Positions 1 to 9,151 of a stretch of DNA of 64,000 nucleotides are shown here, in pieces. The stretch spans positions 1 to 64,000 of the forward strand of contig JAOZFG010000017.1 in assembly GCA_027491435.1 (NCBI GenBank), given 5' to 3'. The notes under the pieces are model-generated. The model worked only from the letters and a program-made list of their open reading frames with translations, had not been told where the DNA came from and made no database searches. Within the stretch, counting starts at the first letter, position 1. The number at the start of each line of letters is the position of its first letter. Origin of the DNA: Thermoproteota archaeon. Lineage in GTDB: Archaea > Korarchaeota > Korarchaeia > Korarchaeales > Korarchaeaceae. Both the position numbers and the translations under genes were made by a program.

Positions 1-76
1 TGGGGTAGGCGGCAGCAGGCAGAACGGCCGCCCCCAGCAGCACTGCAGCTATCAGTACTACCAATACCTTTCTCAT
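1..76 (-). CDS. Secreted or surface protein, 5' part only (runs off the window)
   Basis: Manual translation MRKVLVVLIAAVLLGAAVLPAAAYP..: basic N-terminus, hydrophobic core and AxA cleavage site (Sec signal peptide). SD GGAGGTG lies just upstream of the ATG. Confidence 0.8.
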   Translation of the reverse strand, partial: MRKVLVVLIAAVLLGAAVLPAAAYP

Positions 77-86
77 GTTAACACCT

Positions 87-141
87 CCATTTGCCGCCGG
101 TGCGGCAAATGGCTGTGGGTGGTTACCAGCGGCTATATAAA
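87..141 (-). promoter_or_regulatory. TATA box and 5'-UTR hairpin of the secreted-protein gene
   Basis: TTTATATA on the minus strand at 141-134. Perfect 11-bp inverted repeat CCATTTGCCGC-cggt-GCGGCAAATGG at 87-112. Confidence 0.65.
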
Positions 142-338
142 ATTATTGTTCATGATATAGTTGCAAAACGTTTCATAACTTTCAAAAGAGATGAATCTCC
201 TACCTAATTGTTGTTTAAGTCGATATATCGCATCTAACTCGCATTTTCTCAACAACGAACTCCCATACTACGTTATAGTCAGAAATCCCAGTAGAGAAGT
301 CATTAGACCATCGCCTAAAAACAATCAGCTTAGAAAAT

Positions 339-375
339 TATAACACATTATATAACACATTATATCTCACTATTA
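339..375. repeat. Tandem 12-mer TATAACACATTA x2 plus one degenerate copy
   Basis: 339-350 and 351-362 are identical; 363-375 reads TATCTCACTATTA. Confidence 0.8.
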
Positions 376-507
376 TTTAGTTAAGTAACTCCTAAGTATG
401 GCCTTTTTCAAAATTGGGTGGGGTGAGGAAGTAGGATTCCCACAAATGGGACATAATTCCTTAAAAGTGTATATCCAACACACATCACACCTTCTCATCT
501 GGAGCAT
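373..507 (-). CDS. nop10: H/ACA RNP protein Nop10 with divergent C-terminus (44 aa; not in ORF track)
   Basis: MLQMRRCDVCWIYTFKELCPICGNPTSSPHP.. matches the Nop10 Zn-ribbon pattern RxCxxCxxYTxKExCPxCGxxTxxPHP. Canonical position directly after aIF2a. Confidence 0.85.
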   Translation of the reverse strand: MLQMRRCDVCWIYTFKELCPICGNPTSSPHPILKKAILRSYLTK

Positions 508-508
508 C

Positions 509-1324
509 TCACTGTAACCTCTTTCTATACTCCCTCTCTTCTAACACTTCCATGTACCCCTTATGTTCTAGCTTCTTCGAGATGGCCTTGATTATGGACG
601 TAGCAGCTCTCTTTATGAGCCTAGGATCTTTAGACTTCACCGAAACGACGTACCTAGGAGCTCCAGCTGTATAGATATCTACCTCCACCTTATCTGATTT
701 AAAGGCATTTTTACCGTTGATTAAGGCATTTCTAATTATCTCTACACCATTAGGTTCAAGTGAAACCAATCTCAACACTATGTTCTTGACGTATATTGGG
801 GTCTTCAACTGGGTCTTCACTATGTCCGCTATATACTTGGCGTATTCCTCTTCTATACCTGCCGCCGTCAGGATCTCCGGACCTTCGTGGAGGACGTCCT
901 CAAGCACGTCCATGGGGTTCTTGTAGTATGAGGTGAGCTTATACCAGGCCTCCTTTGCTTTTGCCTCCGGGTTTTCATAACCGGCCCTCTGGGCCGCTAC
1001 CCTGAGAAGAGAGAGTACCCTTACCCTCTCCTTCCACTCCTCTAATTTTCTCCTCCTCTGTTCCTCGGTAACGTACCTTAGCGACACGTCCACCTGACCC
1101 TTCTTTTTAATTGACCTGATTACCCTACCTACTACGGTGTCCCCTTCCCTCACGTAATCCCTTATGTCCTTAATCCTCCCAGAGGCCACGTGTCCCCTGG
1201 GTATGTAGGCCTCAAGGTTATCATACTCTAGTAGCTCGATGATTACTCCGTGATCCTCTATCCTCTTGACCAGCCCAATTACTAGGTCGTTTCTTCTGGG
1301 AAAATCTTTCACCGACATTTCCAT
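509..1324 (-). CDS. eif2a: Translation initiation factor aIF2 alpha subunit
   Basis: N-terminal S1 domain (LLEYDNLEAYI..GRIKDIRDYVREG), C-terminal GAPRY motif, synteny with S27e/L44e. Confidence 0.96.
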   Translation of the reverse strand: MEMSVKDFPRRNDLVIGLVKRIEDHGVIIELLEYDNLEAYIPRGHVASGRIKDIRDYVREGDTVVGRVIRSIKKKGQVDVSLRYVTEEQRRRKLEEWKERVRVLSLLRVAAQRAGYENPEAKAKEAWYKLTSYYKNPMDVLEDVLHEGPEILTAAGIEEEYAKYIADIVKTQLKTPIYVKNIVLRLVSLEPNGVEIIRNALINGKNAFKSDKVEVDIYTAGAPRYVVSVKSKDPRLIKRAATSIIKAISKKLEHKGYMEVLEEREYRKRLQ

Positions 1325-1328
1325 TCAC

Positions 1329-1535
1329 TCATTCCATCTTTCCGTAAATCTCCAAGACAGTAGCCTTTATTTTAGCCTTACCCCCGGTGGGCTCCGCCAG
1401 CACTTCGTCACATACCCTGCACCTAACTGTCCTAGAGGCATGGGAAAATATTATCTGCTCATTCCCGCATGACGGGCATTTAACCTTAACGAAGTATGAT
1501 CTGGGAAGGGGTACCAGCACTTTCTTCCTCTTCAT
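1329..1535 (-). CDS. rps27e: 30S ribosomal protein S27e
   Basis: [33 protein letters not shown]. Confidence 0.97.
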   Translation of the reverse strand: MKRKKVLVPLPRSYFVKVKCPSCGNEQIIFSHASRTVRCRVCDEVLAEPTGGKAKIKATVLEIYGKME

Positions 1536-1539
1536 AATA

Positions 1540-1818
1540 TCACCTCTTTATCTCAGCCCTGGACAGCCTACCCAAGTTCCTCCAAACCTTCCTGCCACAC
1601 TCGTTACAGGTCAGTATGATGACAACCTTCTTTGTAATCTTAGCCTTCCTCCTTAACCTCCCTCTGGGCTCCCCTCCATAGCCCCTTCTCTTCCTCTCCA
1701 ACTGCCTCTGACCCCAGGATAAAGTCCTAGCCTTACCTTGTTTGTACAGGGAAACCTTATGGGGGGTGTGTTTGTTGCACCTTGGACAGTAGGTATTTAT
1801 CACTTGAGGGATCTTCAC
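1540..1818 (-). CDS. rpl44e: 50S ribosomal protein L44e
   Basis: [31 protein letters not shown]. Confidence 0.97.
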   Translation of the reverse strand: MKIPQVINTYCPRCNKHTPHKVSLYKQGKARTLSWGQRQLERKRRGYGGEPRGRLRRKAKITKKVVIILTCNECGRKVWRNLGRLSRAEIKR

Positions 1819-2345
1819 GCTACCACCTCAATAACGCCCCTCTTCTCAAGTATTTTAACGTTACCCTCCGGGATCCAAGCGACGTCACCTTTAGAGAAGG
1901 GACCATAAACCTTTAGGTCCTCTCCCACGAATTTAGGGACGTCTTCCCTGAACACTACTAATAACAGTTTAACGGGAGTATCTTTAGGCCTGTATTCTCT
2001 GGCTTTAGGTGTAGAGGCCACTTCCTCAGCTACCTCTTCAGTTGGCTCCTCGACCCTCCTCCTCAACTTCTCTTCAATTATTGCCGGTGAAATCCCCAAG
2101 ATGTACCGTTTAAGGGCCTCTTTAAACTCGTAATAACTTCTGACCTCGTCTACGATCAAATTTATCTGGTTGATGGCCTCTTTATATAACATCTTTTCTA
2201 TATAATCGCCACTATCTTCATCTATTTTTTTCTGAATTTCCCCCCTCAGCTTGATTAATTTCTCAAGGTATGACGGCGGGGGGTCCTTACCCTCTAATAT
2301 GTAATTCACCAGCAACTTAATTAGCGCCCTGAGATTTTCCGCCAC
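1815..2345 (-). CDS. DNA replication complex GINS subunit Gins15 (Gins51)
   Basis: C-terminal B-domain VPKFVGEDLKVYGPFSKGDVAWIPEGNVKILEKRG. Conserved position between priS and rpl44e. Confidence 0.85.
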   Translation of the reverse strand: MAENLRALIKLLVNYILEGKDPPPSYLEKLIKLRGEIQKKIDEDSGDYIEKMLYKEAINQINLIVDEVRSYYEFKEALKRYILGISPAIIEEKLRRRVEEPTEEVAEEVASTPKAREYRPKDTPVKLLLVVFREDVPKFVGEDLKVYGPFSKGDVAWIPEGNVKILEKRGVIEVVA

Positions 2346-2368
2346 ATAACTTGAAGTCCCCCCTTATA

Positions 2369-3514
2369 TTAAAGGATCTCTGCCCTCCCACTCAGTATCA
2401 GGAAGATGGCCGCGTTGGCCGGTAGAGATAACCTCTCACCCTCGGAGTAGGGTCCAAATAGGTTCCTGTGGATTCGGAATTTAGGAACGGGATACCTAAC
2501 CTTCAGCGTTATCTCCTCAGTTATTGGGATGGGCGAAGCCCTAAAGGGATCAAATTCATCTATATCTGATGGGGTGAGCAGTAGGGCCCTGAAACCGGTC
2601 TTCCCGTGAAGGCTGTTAGGTATCCTGGTAAACCTAGAGGTGTCCATGGTGACCATCCAGTCAATTTTAGGAGATACTTCTTGAAGGGATTTACTAATCA
2701 ACGAGGAAATTAGGGAGAGTTCCCTGCTTGAGAGCCTAGTGGGCTTTCCCTTAATCATGTCAGACACTTTCCTCTTTAGGTTTTCGCTGGCCTTGATGGT
2801 GAACAAGTTCTGCATGGCCCTCTTAGCCTGACCGGATGGCGGATCGAATACGTAAAGGGCACCTATTTTGCGAAACCACAACCTTACGTCGGCGCCGGAT
2901 CCTATCACGTAGAGGGCTAACTCCCTTCTAGCGTCTTTGCTTAATGATGAGTACTTCTCTGAGACTACCCTCAGATGAAATCCCCTGTTGCCCGTGTAGG
3001 AAAGAATCATGTCTTCCTCCTTGATGCCCAGGTCCTCCCTTAGCAAATTTATCAGTTTCTTCAGCTCGTTTTTAGCGGCTATCATGCACTTTTCGTCCAA
3101 CCAGTGCAACAACTTTACGTCTTGACCTCCACATTTAGGGCATTTTTTGGGTTTGTCGCCGTGGCCGTAGGCGCCGCACCTCTCACATACCCATATGTCC
3201 TCCTGGCCACACCCCTCCAGCTCTGTGGCGTCAATATCAAACAGTAGATCTGAGCTTATGGGCCCCTTCTCCTCCATAGGCGCTGAGGGATCCCTATATT
3301 TGGATACCGAGTAGTAAGCATGCCTTGGGGCCTCCCTGACTAGCCCTTCCCTCAGGGACTTCGCATCTTTAAAGGTGAAGTGCCTCCTCACCTTTCCGTC
3401 GAAGGTCATGAACATGAACTCTCTCTCGCTGGGATTCCTCACGTAAATGGTATCGCCGAGCTCCTCGTAATACTTCCTGAAAAAGGACCTAACTATCAGG
3501 AGATCCCTCTTCAT
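2369..3514 (-). CDS. priS: DNA primase small (catalytic) subunit
   Basis: REF, HAYYS, DLLFDIDA, YTGNRGFH and IDWMVT.D..R..RIPNSLHGKTG motifs; CxxC..CxxC Zn insert. Confidence 0.95.
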   Translation of the reverse strand: MKRDLLIVRSFFRKYYEELGDTIYVRNPSEREFMFMTFDGKVRRHFTFKDAKSLREGLVREAPRHAYYSVSKYRDPSAPMEEKGPISSDLLFDIDATELEGCGQEDIWVCERCGAYGHGDKPKKCPKCGGQDVKLLHWLDEKCMIAAKNELKKLINLLREDLGIKEEDMILSYTGNRGFHLRVVSEKYSSLSKDARRELALYVIGSGADVRLWFRKIGALYVFDPPSGQAKRAMQNLFTIKASENLKRKVSDMIKGKPTRLSSRELSLISSLISKSLQEVSPKIDWMVTMDTSRFTRIPNSLHGKTGFRALLLTPSDIDEFDPFRASPIPITEEITLKVRYPVPKFRIHRNLFGPYSEGERLSLPANAAIFLILSGRAEIL

Positions 3515-4448
3515 ACTTCAATCCTTCCGTTAAGTACCTCCTACCGCACTCTCCAGGGCAGAGTCCCCACCCCCTCATCGTCTCGCATTTAGGTGGGCTA
3601 TATCCTTTTGACGCTATGTGGTGCACTTGGTAGCGGGCTATCTTCTCATTGAAGTCTGGGGAGTTCCTGAACAGATCTACTATCTGGTCTTCAGACCATC
3701 CTACCTTAAGTAGGAAGGTGGTCAAAGCGAACCTGGCTTGATGAGGTAGGTTTTCTCCCCTCCTTAACTTCTCCATTATCTGTTTTATGCATGGGGGGAA
3801 GTCCTTTACCTTTCCTCTCTTAGACTTCCTTGAAACCTTCTCTTTCAGCATTAAGGAGATCTGGGAAGCCATCTCCTCTAGAGGCTTTGGAAGGGAGCTC
3901 ACTTCAGGGACACTAGTTAGAACCCTGGCCCTAACTAGTTCACTGAGCATCCTCCTGAAATCGTCTATGGGCAGTTGCACGAACCCCTTAGAAATCTTCC
4001 TGTTTATTATCCTCCATTTAGCCCCTCCTATCCTAGTGGACGCCTCTAAGTAATCTGGCACCTCTACAACCACGTTGTCACCACTAATCCTGACTTCAAG
4101 CGAGAACGCCTCCTTAGCTACGTAAATTAGGTCATCCATGGAGAGATTTTCAGTTATTATCATGAACCTCTTGGCCTCGTGTTCGGCTAGCCTGTTCAGC
4201 ACGAACCTCCCTAGGTAAGCGGCCACTGCCTTGGCTATTATATAGGAGTAGATGGTGAGCAAGGCGTTCTCGTACCTCGGGACGTGAACTCTTCCAGCTA
4301 TGGCCGCCATTAGCTTGTACTTAGCTAACTCTCTAGCATCCCTCAACAGGGGATCATACGCTAAATCCTCTAGGGAGAGCCCCTGCTCCTTCACAATGTT
4401 CTTGGCAGCTTCTGAAAATGGGAGTAGGAGTAGTAACCTCTCCTCCAT
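3489..4448 (-). CDS. priL: DNA primase large subunit
   Basis: FPPCI..G.NLPH.ARF.L.TFL, F..SPDFNEKIARYQV.HI and Y.PP.C..GLC (Fe-S C-terminal domain). Confidence 0.93.
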   Translation of the reverse strand: MEERLLLLLPFSEAAKNIVKEQGLSLEDLAYDPLLRDARELAKYKLMAAIAGRVHVPRYENALLTIYSYIIAKAVAAYLGRFVLNRLAEHEAKRFMIITENLSMDDLIYVAKEAFSLEVRISGDNVVVEVPDYLEASTRIGGAKWRIINRKISKGFVQLPIDDFRRMLSELVRARVLTSVPEVSSLPKPLEEMASQISLMLKEKVSRKSKRGKVKDFPPCIKQIMEKLRRGENLPHQARFALTTFLLKVGWSEDQIVDLFRNSPDFNEKIARYQVHHIASKGYSPPKCETMRGWGLCPGECGRRYLTEGLKYEEGSPDS

Positions 4449-4452
4449 CCTC

Positions 4453-5208
4453 TCATGCCACGCTTATGTGGGCTAGGTAGTAGACTATCCTAGCTCCCTC
4501 AACTCCGCCAAGAGGGTAGGTAAGCTTCATGGGTGACTGAGACGATAGCTCTATTGACGCTTCTTCGGCTATTTTAGCTGGTTTAACCATCTTCTCCAGG
4601 TAAGCAAGGCTATAGTAACTGCTAGAGGGCTCATCAGCCCATATGTCAATTACCATGATGTCCTCTTTGCTCAGCTCTACAGTGCTCTCTCCCTTGTCGC
4701 TTTCTGCCATGAACTCAACCTTGTCAGGGTCTATAGAGACCTTAACCTCGTTGCTGATTAGTTTGAGGTCCTTAACTACATCTGGGAGGACCTTACTGTC
4801 TAACCTGGCACCAGCCTTGAACTGAACCTTTAGCTCCCTCAGCTCAAAGCTTTCTCCAGCTAAGAGAGGCATTGAGAACGTCCTCTTGTAGTCCCCTATC
4901 GCCTTCAAGACTAACCTGGACTCCTCGAATGCCAGCTCCACCCTATCCTTAGCCTTGACTCTCTTCAATATTCTGGCTAGTTCTGTAAAGTTAACCCCGT
5001 AGAATCCCTCATTATCCACTTCAAAGTCGACAAAGTACGATTTGGGCAAGATAAGTTGTATCATTGCAGTTTTTGAGGTGTCTAGTGCTGAGAGGCTCAT
5101 TCCCTCTTCAGGGCTTATTTTCACAGAGGCCTCCCCTATTAAGGCCTCAACGGCATCTACTATCGCCTTTAAAACCTTACCTTCCTCAAAAACCAGCCTG
5201 TTAACCAA
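4453..5208 (-). CDS. pcn: DNA polymerase sliding clamp PCNA
   Basis: 251 aa; ALD.SK.AM, G.N, SYYSLAYL..M.K and YYLA motifs. Confidence 0.95.
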   Translation of the reverse strand: MVNRLVFEEGKVLKAIVDAVEALIGEASVKISPEEGMSLSALDTSKTAMIQLILPKSYFVDFEVDNEGFYGVNFTELARILKRVKAKDRVELAFEESRLVLKAIGDYKRTFSMPLLAGESFELRELKVQFKAGARLDSKVLPDVVKDLKLISNEVKVSIDPDKVEFMAESDKGESTVELSKEDIMVIDIWADEPSSSYYSLAYLEKMVKPAKIAEEASIELSSQSPMKLTYPLGGVEGARIVYYLAHISVA

Positions 5209-5530
5209 TCACATCACCCTTTTCCAACACGAGTCTTGTGGACATTTCCCTTATCATCTCAACCCTCTTTAGTAACTTTATATCTATGCCCGAGACGTCG
5301 GCTAAGGCATCTGCCTTCATCTCCTTAAAGGACTGGTCCACCGATATTATTATACCGGCCGCCATCACTATGGATTTCAGGTGTACCCTCCAAGGCTCAT
5401 CGTAGTACACCCTAAGCTTGCCCGTCCCGTCATCTAAGATTATCTGATTCTCCATGACGTTTATCACCACGCCAATGACTAAGGCTCTTTCCCCCTCGTT
5501 CTCTAGTTCGGCTATTCTCTTCCATAGCAT
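5201..5530 (-). CDS. Small OB-fold protein, RPA small-subunit-like
   Basis: RIAEL..ALVIG.V..IILDDGTG OB-fold signature with a C-terminal helix (SGIDIKLLKRV). Lies between DP2 and PCNA. Confidence 0.7.
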   Translation of the reverse strand: MLWKRIAELENEGERALVIGVVINVMENQIILDDGTGKLRVYYDEPWRVHLKSIVMAAGIIISVDQSFKEMKADALADVSGIDIKLLKRVEMIREMSTRLVLEKGDVIG

Positions 5531-5539
5531 AGTATCATC

Positions 5540-8500
5540 CTACAGAAATTCTAGAAGATCCCCTCCCTTCCCCTTACTCCCTTCACGGTATTCCCTCTCC
5601 TCCACCTCTGACTCATTTGGGCCCATTAGCAGTACGTGTTCTAACCCGTGATCCTGAACCATGGATGTGTCCTTAACCCCCTTGAACAAGGACTCGGCCT
5701 CCTCAAATAAAAGCTCTATCCTTTGTGAGAGATAGCCCCTTATCCCGTACTTTCTCAAGGCCTTCATCGTAGGCTCCAAGTACTTTAAGGCGGTTCCCTT
5801 GTGTATCGTTAAAGTCAGATCACCACCACACTTCTCACACTTGCCCGTAAGAGGGGGCCTCCTATACTTGGCGTTACAGGACAAGCACCTGAACTCCTGT
5901 TGTCCGAACTTCCTCAGGTTTCCCATTATATCCCTGAGGAAGTGGGATGAGATCGCCCTTGCCAGCGCATCCTCCACGTCTACTGCCCTTATCTTTTCCT
6001 CTAGGCTGAAATGAGCGGCTTTCTTTTCTTCCATCGTCTTGAGCTTCCTGTAAGTCGTCTCCAGAGGGCCTTTATCTATTCTAGATGTTGGGACCAAAAA
6101 GCCTATCCTAGGTAACGAGTTCCCCTCGGCAATGCCGTCGCCTACAGTTAAAACCAACGAAGTTAGCTCCTTAGGATCAGGGTACTGGTAAGTAAGCTCA
6201 TAGAACTCTGGGGGGAAGCTGAACGGGACCTCCATGTTGTAGACTTCGTCGTCTATGTATTCCGTGTTTATCTTAGTGACCATTATGAGGGGGGCGTCCT
6301 CCCTGCCTCCTGGGGTGGAAGGTAGAAACTCCCTAGAGAAGTTAATTAACGCATCTAAAGCCAGCATTATCGAGTCTTCGTCCCCATCAACGTTTCTCCT
6401 CTTAGCTGCGTGGAGATATGGGTGGGCGAAAAGCACGTCAGCATCTGTAAACCCTATTATCCTAGCCACGTTAGCCACGAACGTGTGCGGGGAGATGGTC
6501 AGGACTATTTGGCCCACCAGATCCTCTTCACTTCTCACGTTGTAGAAGGGATCCAAGCCGTACACCTTTACTAGGAGGTCGTCGATGAACTTGGCCACTT
6601 TTATCAGGTAATCTGCTGCCTTTCTGGGAATTATTATGTCCTGAGGCATCAGATCCACGAGCTGGTCTTCATTGACCAGGTCGTTTCCTTCTACATCCTT
6701 AGTGTAACCCAGCTTCCTCAATTTTTCCACGGATACCCCAACTTCAGAGGGTTTGAACTGTGTTAGAGCGGCGTTTACGGCGTCAAACCTTATAGTGCCA
6801 TCTTTAAAGACATATAACCCATACTTAGCCCTTAGAATTCCTTTCTCCAGCAGTTCCGCTGACTTCGACTTGCTAGTTAATCCTTTCACCCCTTTGAGCT
6901 TGCTTAAAACGTCAACAGGTTCTCTGAGCTTTGATAAGGTGTTATCCAGTTCCTTCCTTATGTTGAGCTTAACCCTCTTGTAGGGAACAGGCTCCACCTT
7001 GGGGTGCTTCGGACACCTGCCGTTAACCTGCCTCCCGCATACCGGACAATAGTTAACCGGCTCCGTTCTGACTCCGCAGGTGGGACAGAGGTACCTAAAA
7101 GTATATTGACCGCACCTAGGGCACTTTCTGTAAGCCACTTCGACCTCTACGACTGATTGCTCGTAGGCGTTGGCCATAGACCTGCTCATCCCCTTTAGAT
7201 TGCCCACTGGAAAGAGAGAGTTTACTGGAGGTTTCATTTTTCTAGGTTTAGCTTTTTCAGGTCTCCCAATCCTCATCCCTATTCTAAAGGGGCCTTTAGG
7301 CATTATTTTAACGGGAGATAAGGATTTAAGAAGGGAAAAGACGTCGTACTTCGACAGGCTCTCCGGGTTGACAGACGTTCCGGCGGACAAGACCGTCCTC
7401 AAAACCTCTAGATGCTCACCTTGGAGTAAAACCTGACCGTTTACCACCTTATGAGGGACGCCAAGCTTTTCTAACACTTGTTTAACTTCTCTGGTAAGTA
7501 AGAGCCCTCCAGAACTTTTAGCCCCCTTTTCAATGGACTCTTTGAGTTTGAGCACCTCGTCTACGGTGAGATCCTCCCAAAAGTAAGTCCACCTGGGATG
7601 AAGGGGTATACCATATCTTTTGCTCAACTCGAGGGCCTGCTTGAACGATACCTTATCGTAGGGGCCAACTCTAACCTGGTCTCCCGCTTCTCTCGCCCTC
7701 TTCACGAGCAGGGAGTGCCACCATTCCTCAACCCAGGAGGAGGGAAGGATCCTGTGATTATTCTCAAGGAACTCGCCGAAGCCAACTAGCACATCCCCTA
7801 AGTGGAGTATCTTCTCAACTTCCTTAGCCACCTTCAGGGCCTCTTCAAAGCTGTCTATCCTCACGACGCTTCCGTCCTTTAGCCTAACTACAGGCCCCTC
7901 TATGTAATCTACGGGCATGACCACGGCGCTCTTTCCAGGCCTTTCAGTCCTGACCTGAGTTCCCACTGCTATGAATCCATCCAATATTACCATTGTAGCC
8001 GGGTGTACTCCTATAGATGCTAACCCCGTATGCCTTGATCTGCCATACCTCAGCCTGAATCCACCGGGTCTGAGTGGATAAGCCAAAACAGGCCTGCCTA
8101 TCACGGAGTCCTTCAAGAACTTGTAAGAAGGTTGTATTACAGGACACCCGAGGCTTTCACCTTCCTCCTCAGACCCATCGTCACTCGATTTTCCTCCCTC
8201 TAACCATTCCCAACTTGAGTCGTCGAATTTTACTATATTTTTTATCTCACTTATAACTTTTTTAAGTTTTTTAGCCTTTTGTATGAGGCAATCATTTATG
8301 ACTAGGATGGCCCCTCCCCTAAGCCTATTAGTCTCAACGCTCTCGATGTTCCTGAACGAAGATACCTCCACCTTCTCCGTTGGAGGCCCGGTCACCTCTA
8401 CCGGCAGGTTTTTGACCACTGTCCTGACCTCCTCTGGGTCCGAGTTGTATTGGAGGTGGGCTACCCTCTTGTAGAGGTTTACCTCCTCCACGTACCTCTC

Positions 8501-9043
8501 CACCTCCATTTCAGTGGCCTGATACTTAGACAGGCCCAACCTCTGCCTAATGAAGTCGGCTAGGAGGACGCTTATCGCTCCCTCAGTACCTCCCGCCGTC
8601 CTTATAGGACCATTATAGTAGACCGAAAGGAACCTACTGCCCTTTCTCTGCTTTATCACTACTTTGCTTATGCCCTCTATGGGAGCTGACACCGTAGCGT
8701 CCGTAATTATGGCTAGGCCCACCCTCAAAGCCACCTCAGCTAAGTATTCCTCATCCCCCTCAACTTCTATGATGGGTTTTCCTTCATCCGGGATCATGTC
8801 AGAGATTACACGAAAGGCCAGCTCGACTTTGCTACCCACTTTGTCCAACCAGAAGTTCACTCTTTCACCTATCTTCTCAATTCCGAAGAGGGCCACTAGC
8901 CTTTCAGATAGGGTGTTGGCCTTCTTTATCTCAACCTCGGTGGAGGGATCCATTCCCCTGGACCTAACTTTCTCTGCGATTGAGTAAAGCTCCCTTATCC
9001 TCTCCTCCAGCATCTCGTAGTATTCCTCTATCCTATCCCACAT
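5540..9043 (-). CDS. polC: DNA polymerase D large subunit DP2
   Basis: GPIRTAGGT, GGFRLRYGRSR, RIGRPEKA, HAAKRRNVDGDED and the QEFRC..C Zn finger; no intein seen. Confidence 0.97.
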   Translation of the reverse strand: MWDRIEEYYEMLEERIRELYSIAEKVRSRGMDPSTEVEIKKANTLSERLVALFGIEKIGERVNFWLDKVGSKVELAFRVISDMIPDEGKPIIEVEGDEEYLAEVALRVGLAIITDATVSAPIEGISKVVIKQRKGSRFLSVYYNGPIRTAGGTEGAISVLLADFIRQRLGLSKYQATEMEVERYVEEVNLYKRVAHLQYNSDPEEVRTVVKNLPVEVTGPPTEKVEVSSFRNIESVETNRLRGGAILVINDCLIQKAKKLKKVISEIKNIVKFDDSSWEWLEGGKSSDDGSEEEGESLGCPVIQPSYKFLKDSVIGRPVLAYPLRPGGFRLRYGRSRHTGLASIGVHPATMVILDGFIAVGTQVRTERPGKSAVVMPVDYIEGPVVRLKDGSVVRIDSFEEALKVAKEVEKILHLGDVLVGFGEFLENNHRILPSSWVEEWWHSLLVKRAREAGDQVRVGPYDKVSFKQALELSKRYGIPLHPRWTYFWEDLTVDEVLKLKESIEKGAKSSGGLLLTREVKQVLEKLGVPHKVVNGQVLLQGEHLEVLRTVLSAGTSVNPESLSKYDVFSLLKSLSPVKIMPKGPFRIGMRIGRPEKAKPRKMKPPVNSLFPVGNLKGMSRSMANAYEQSVVEVEVAYRKCPRCGQYTFRYLCPTCGVRTEPVNYCPVCGRQVNGRCPKHPKVEPVPYKRVKLNIRKELDNTLSKLREPVDVLSKLKGVKGLTSKSKSAELLEKGILRAKYGLYVFKDGTIRFDAVNAALTQFKPSEVGVSVEKLRKLGYTKDVEGNDLVNEDQLVDLMPQDIIIPRKAADYLIKVAKFIDDLLVKVYGLDPFYNVRSEEDLVGQIVLTISPHTFVANVARIIGFTDADVLFAHPYLHAAKRRNVDGDEDSIMLALDALINFSREFLPSTPGGREDAPLIMVTKINTEYIDDEVYNMEVPFSFPPEFYELTYQYPDPKELTSLVLTVGDGIAEGNSLPRIGFLVPTSRIDKGPLETTYRKLKTMEEKKAAHFSLEEKIRAVDVEDALARAISSHFLRDIMGNLRKFGQQEFRCLSCNAKYRRPPLTGKCEKCGGDLTLTIHKGTALKYLEPTMKALRKYGIRGYLSQRIELLFEEAESLFKGVKDTSMVQDHGLEHVLLMGPNESEVEEREYREGSKGKGGDLLEFL

Positions 9044-9151
9044 CCCCTATTCATGGTGAGGGTGATGTATAAAGGTGGTCACCTCCATACAACTCCCGGC
9101 GACGGGGGTAATACTTATCTTTTCAAGTGGACGGCATGATAGGTGATTCTG

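Noticed and set aside
431-452. ORB-like inverted sequence TCCCACAAATGGGA
   Set aside because: It lies within the nop10 coding sequence (CPICG codons) and is not repeated.
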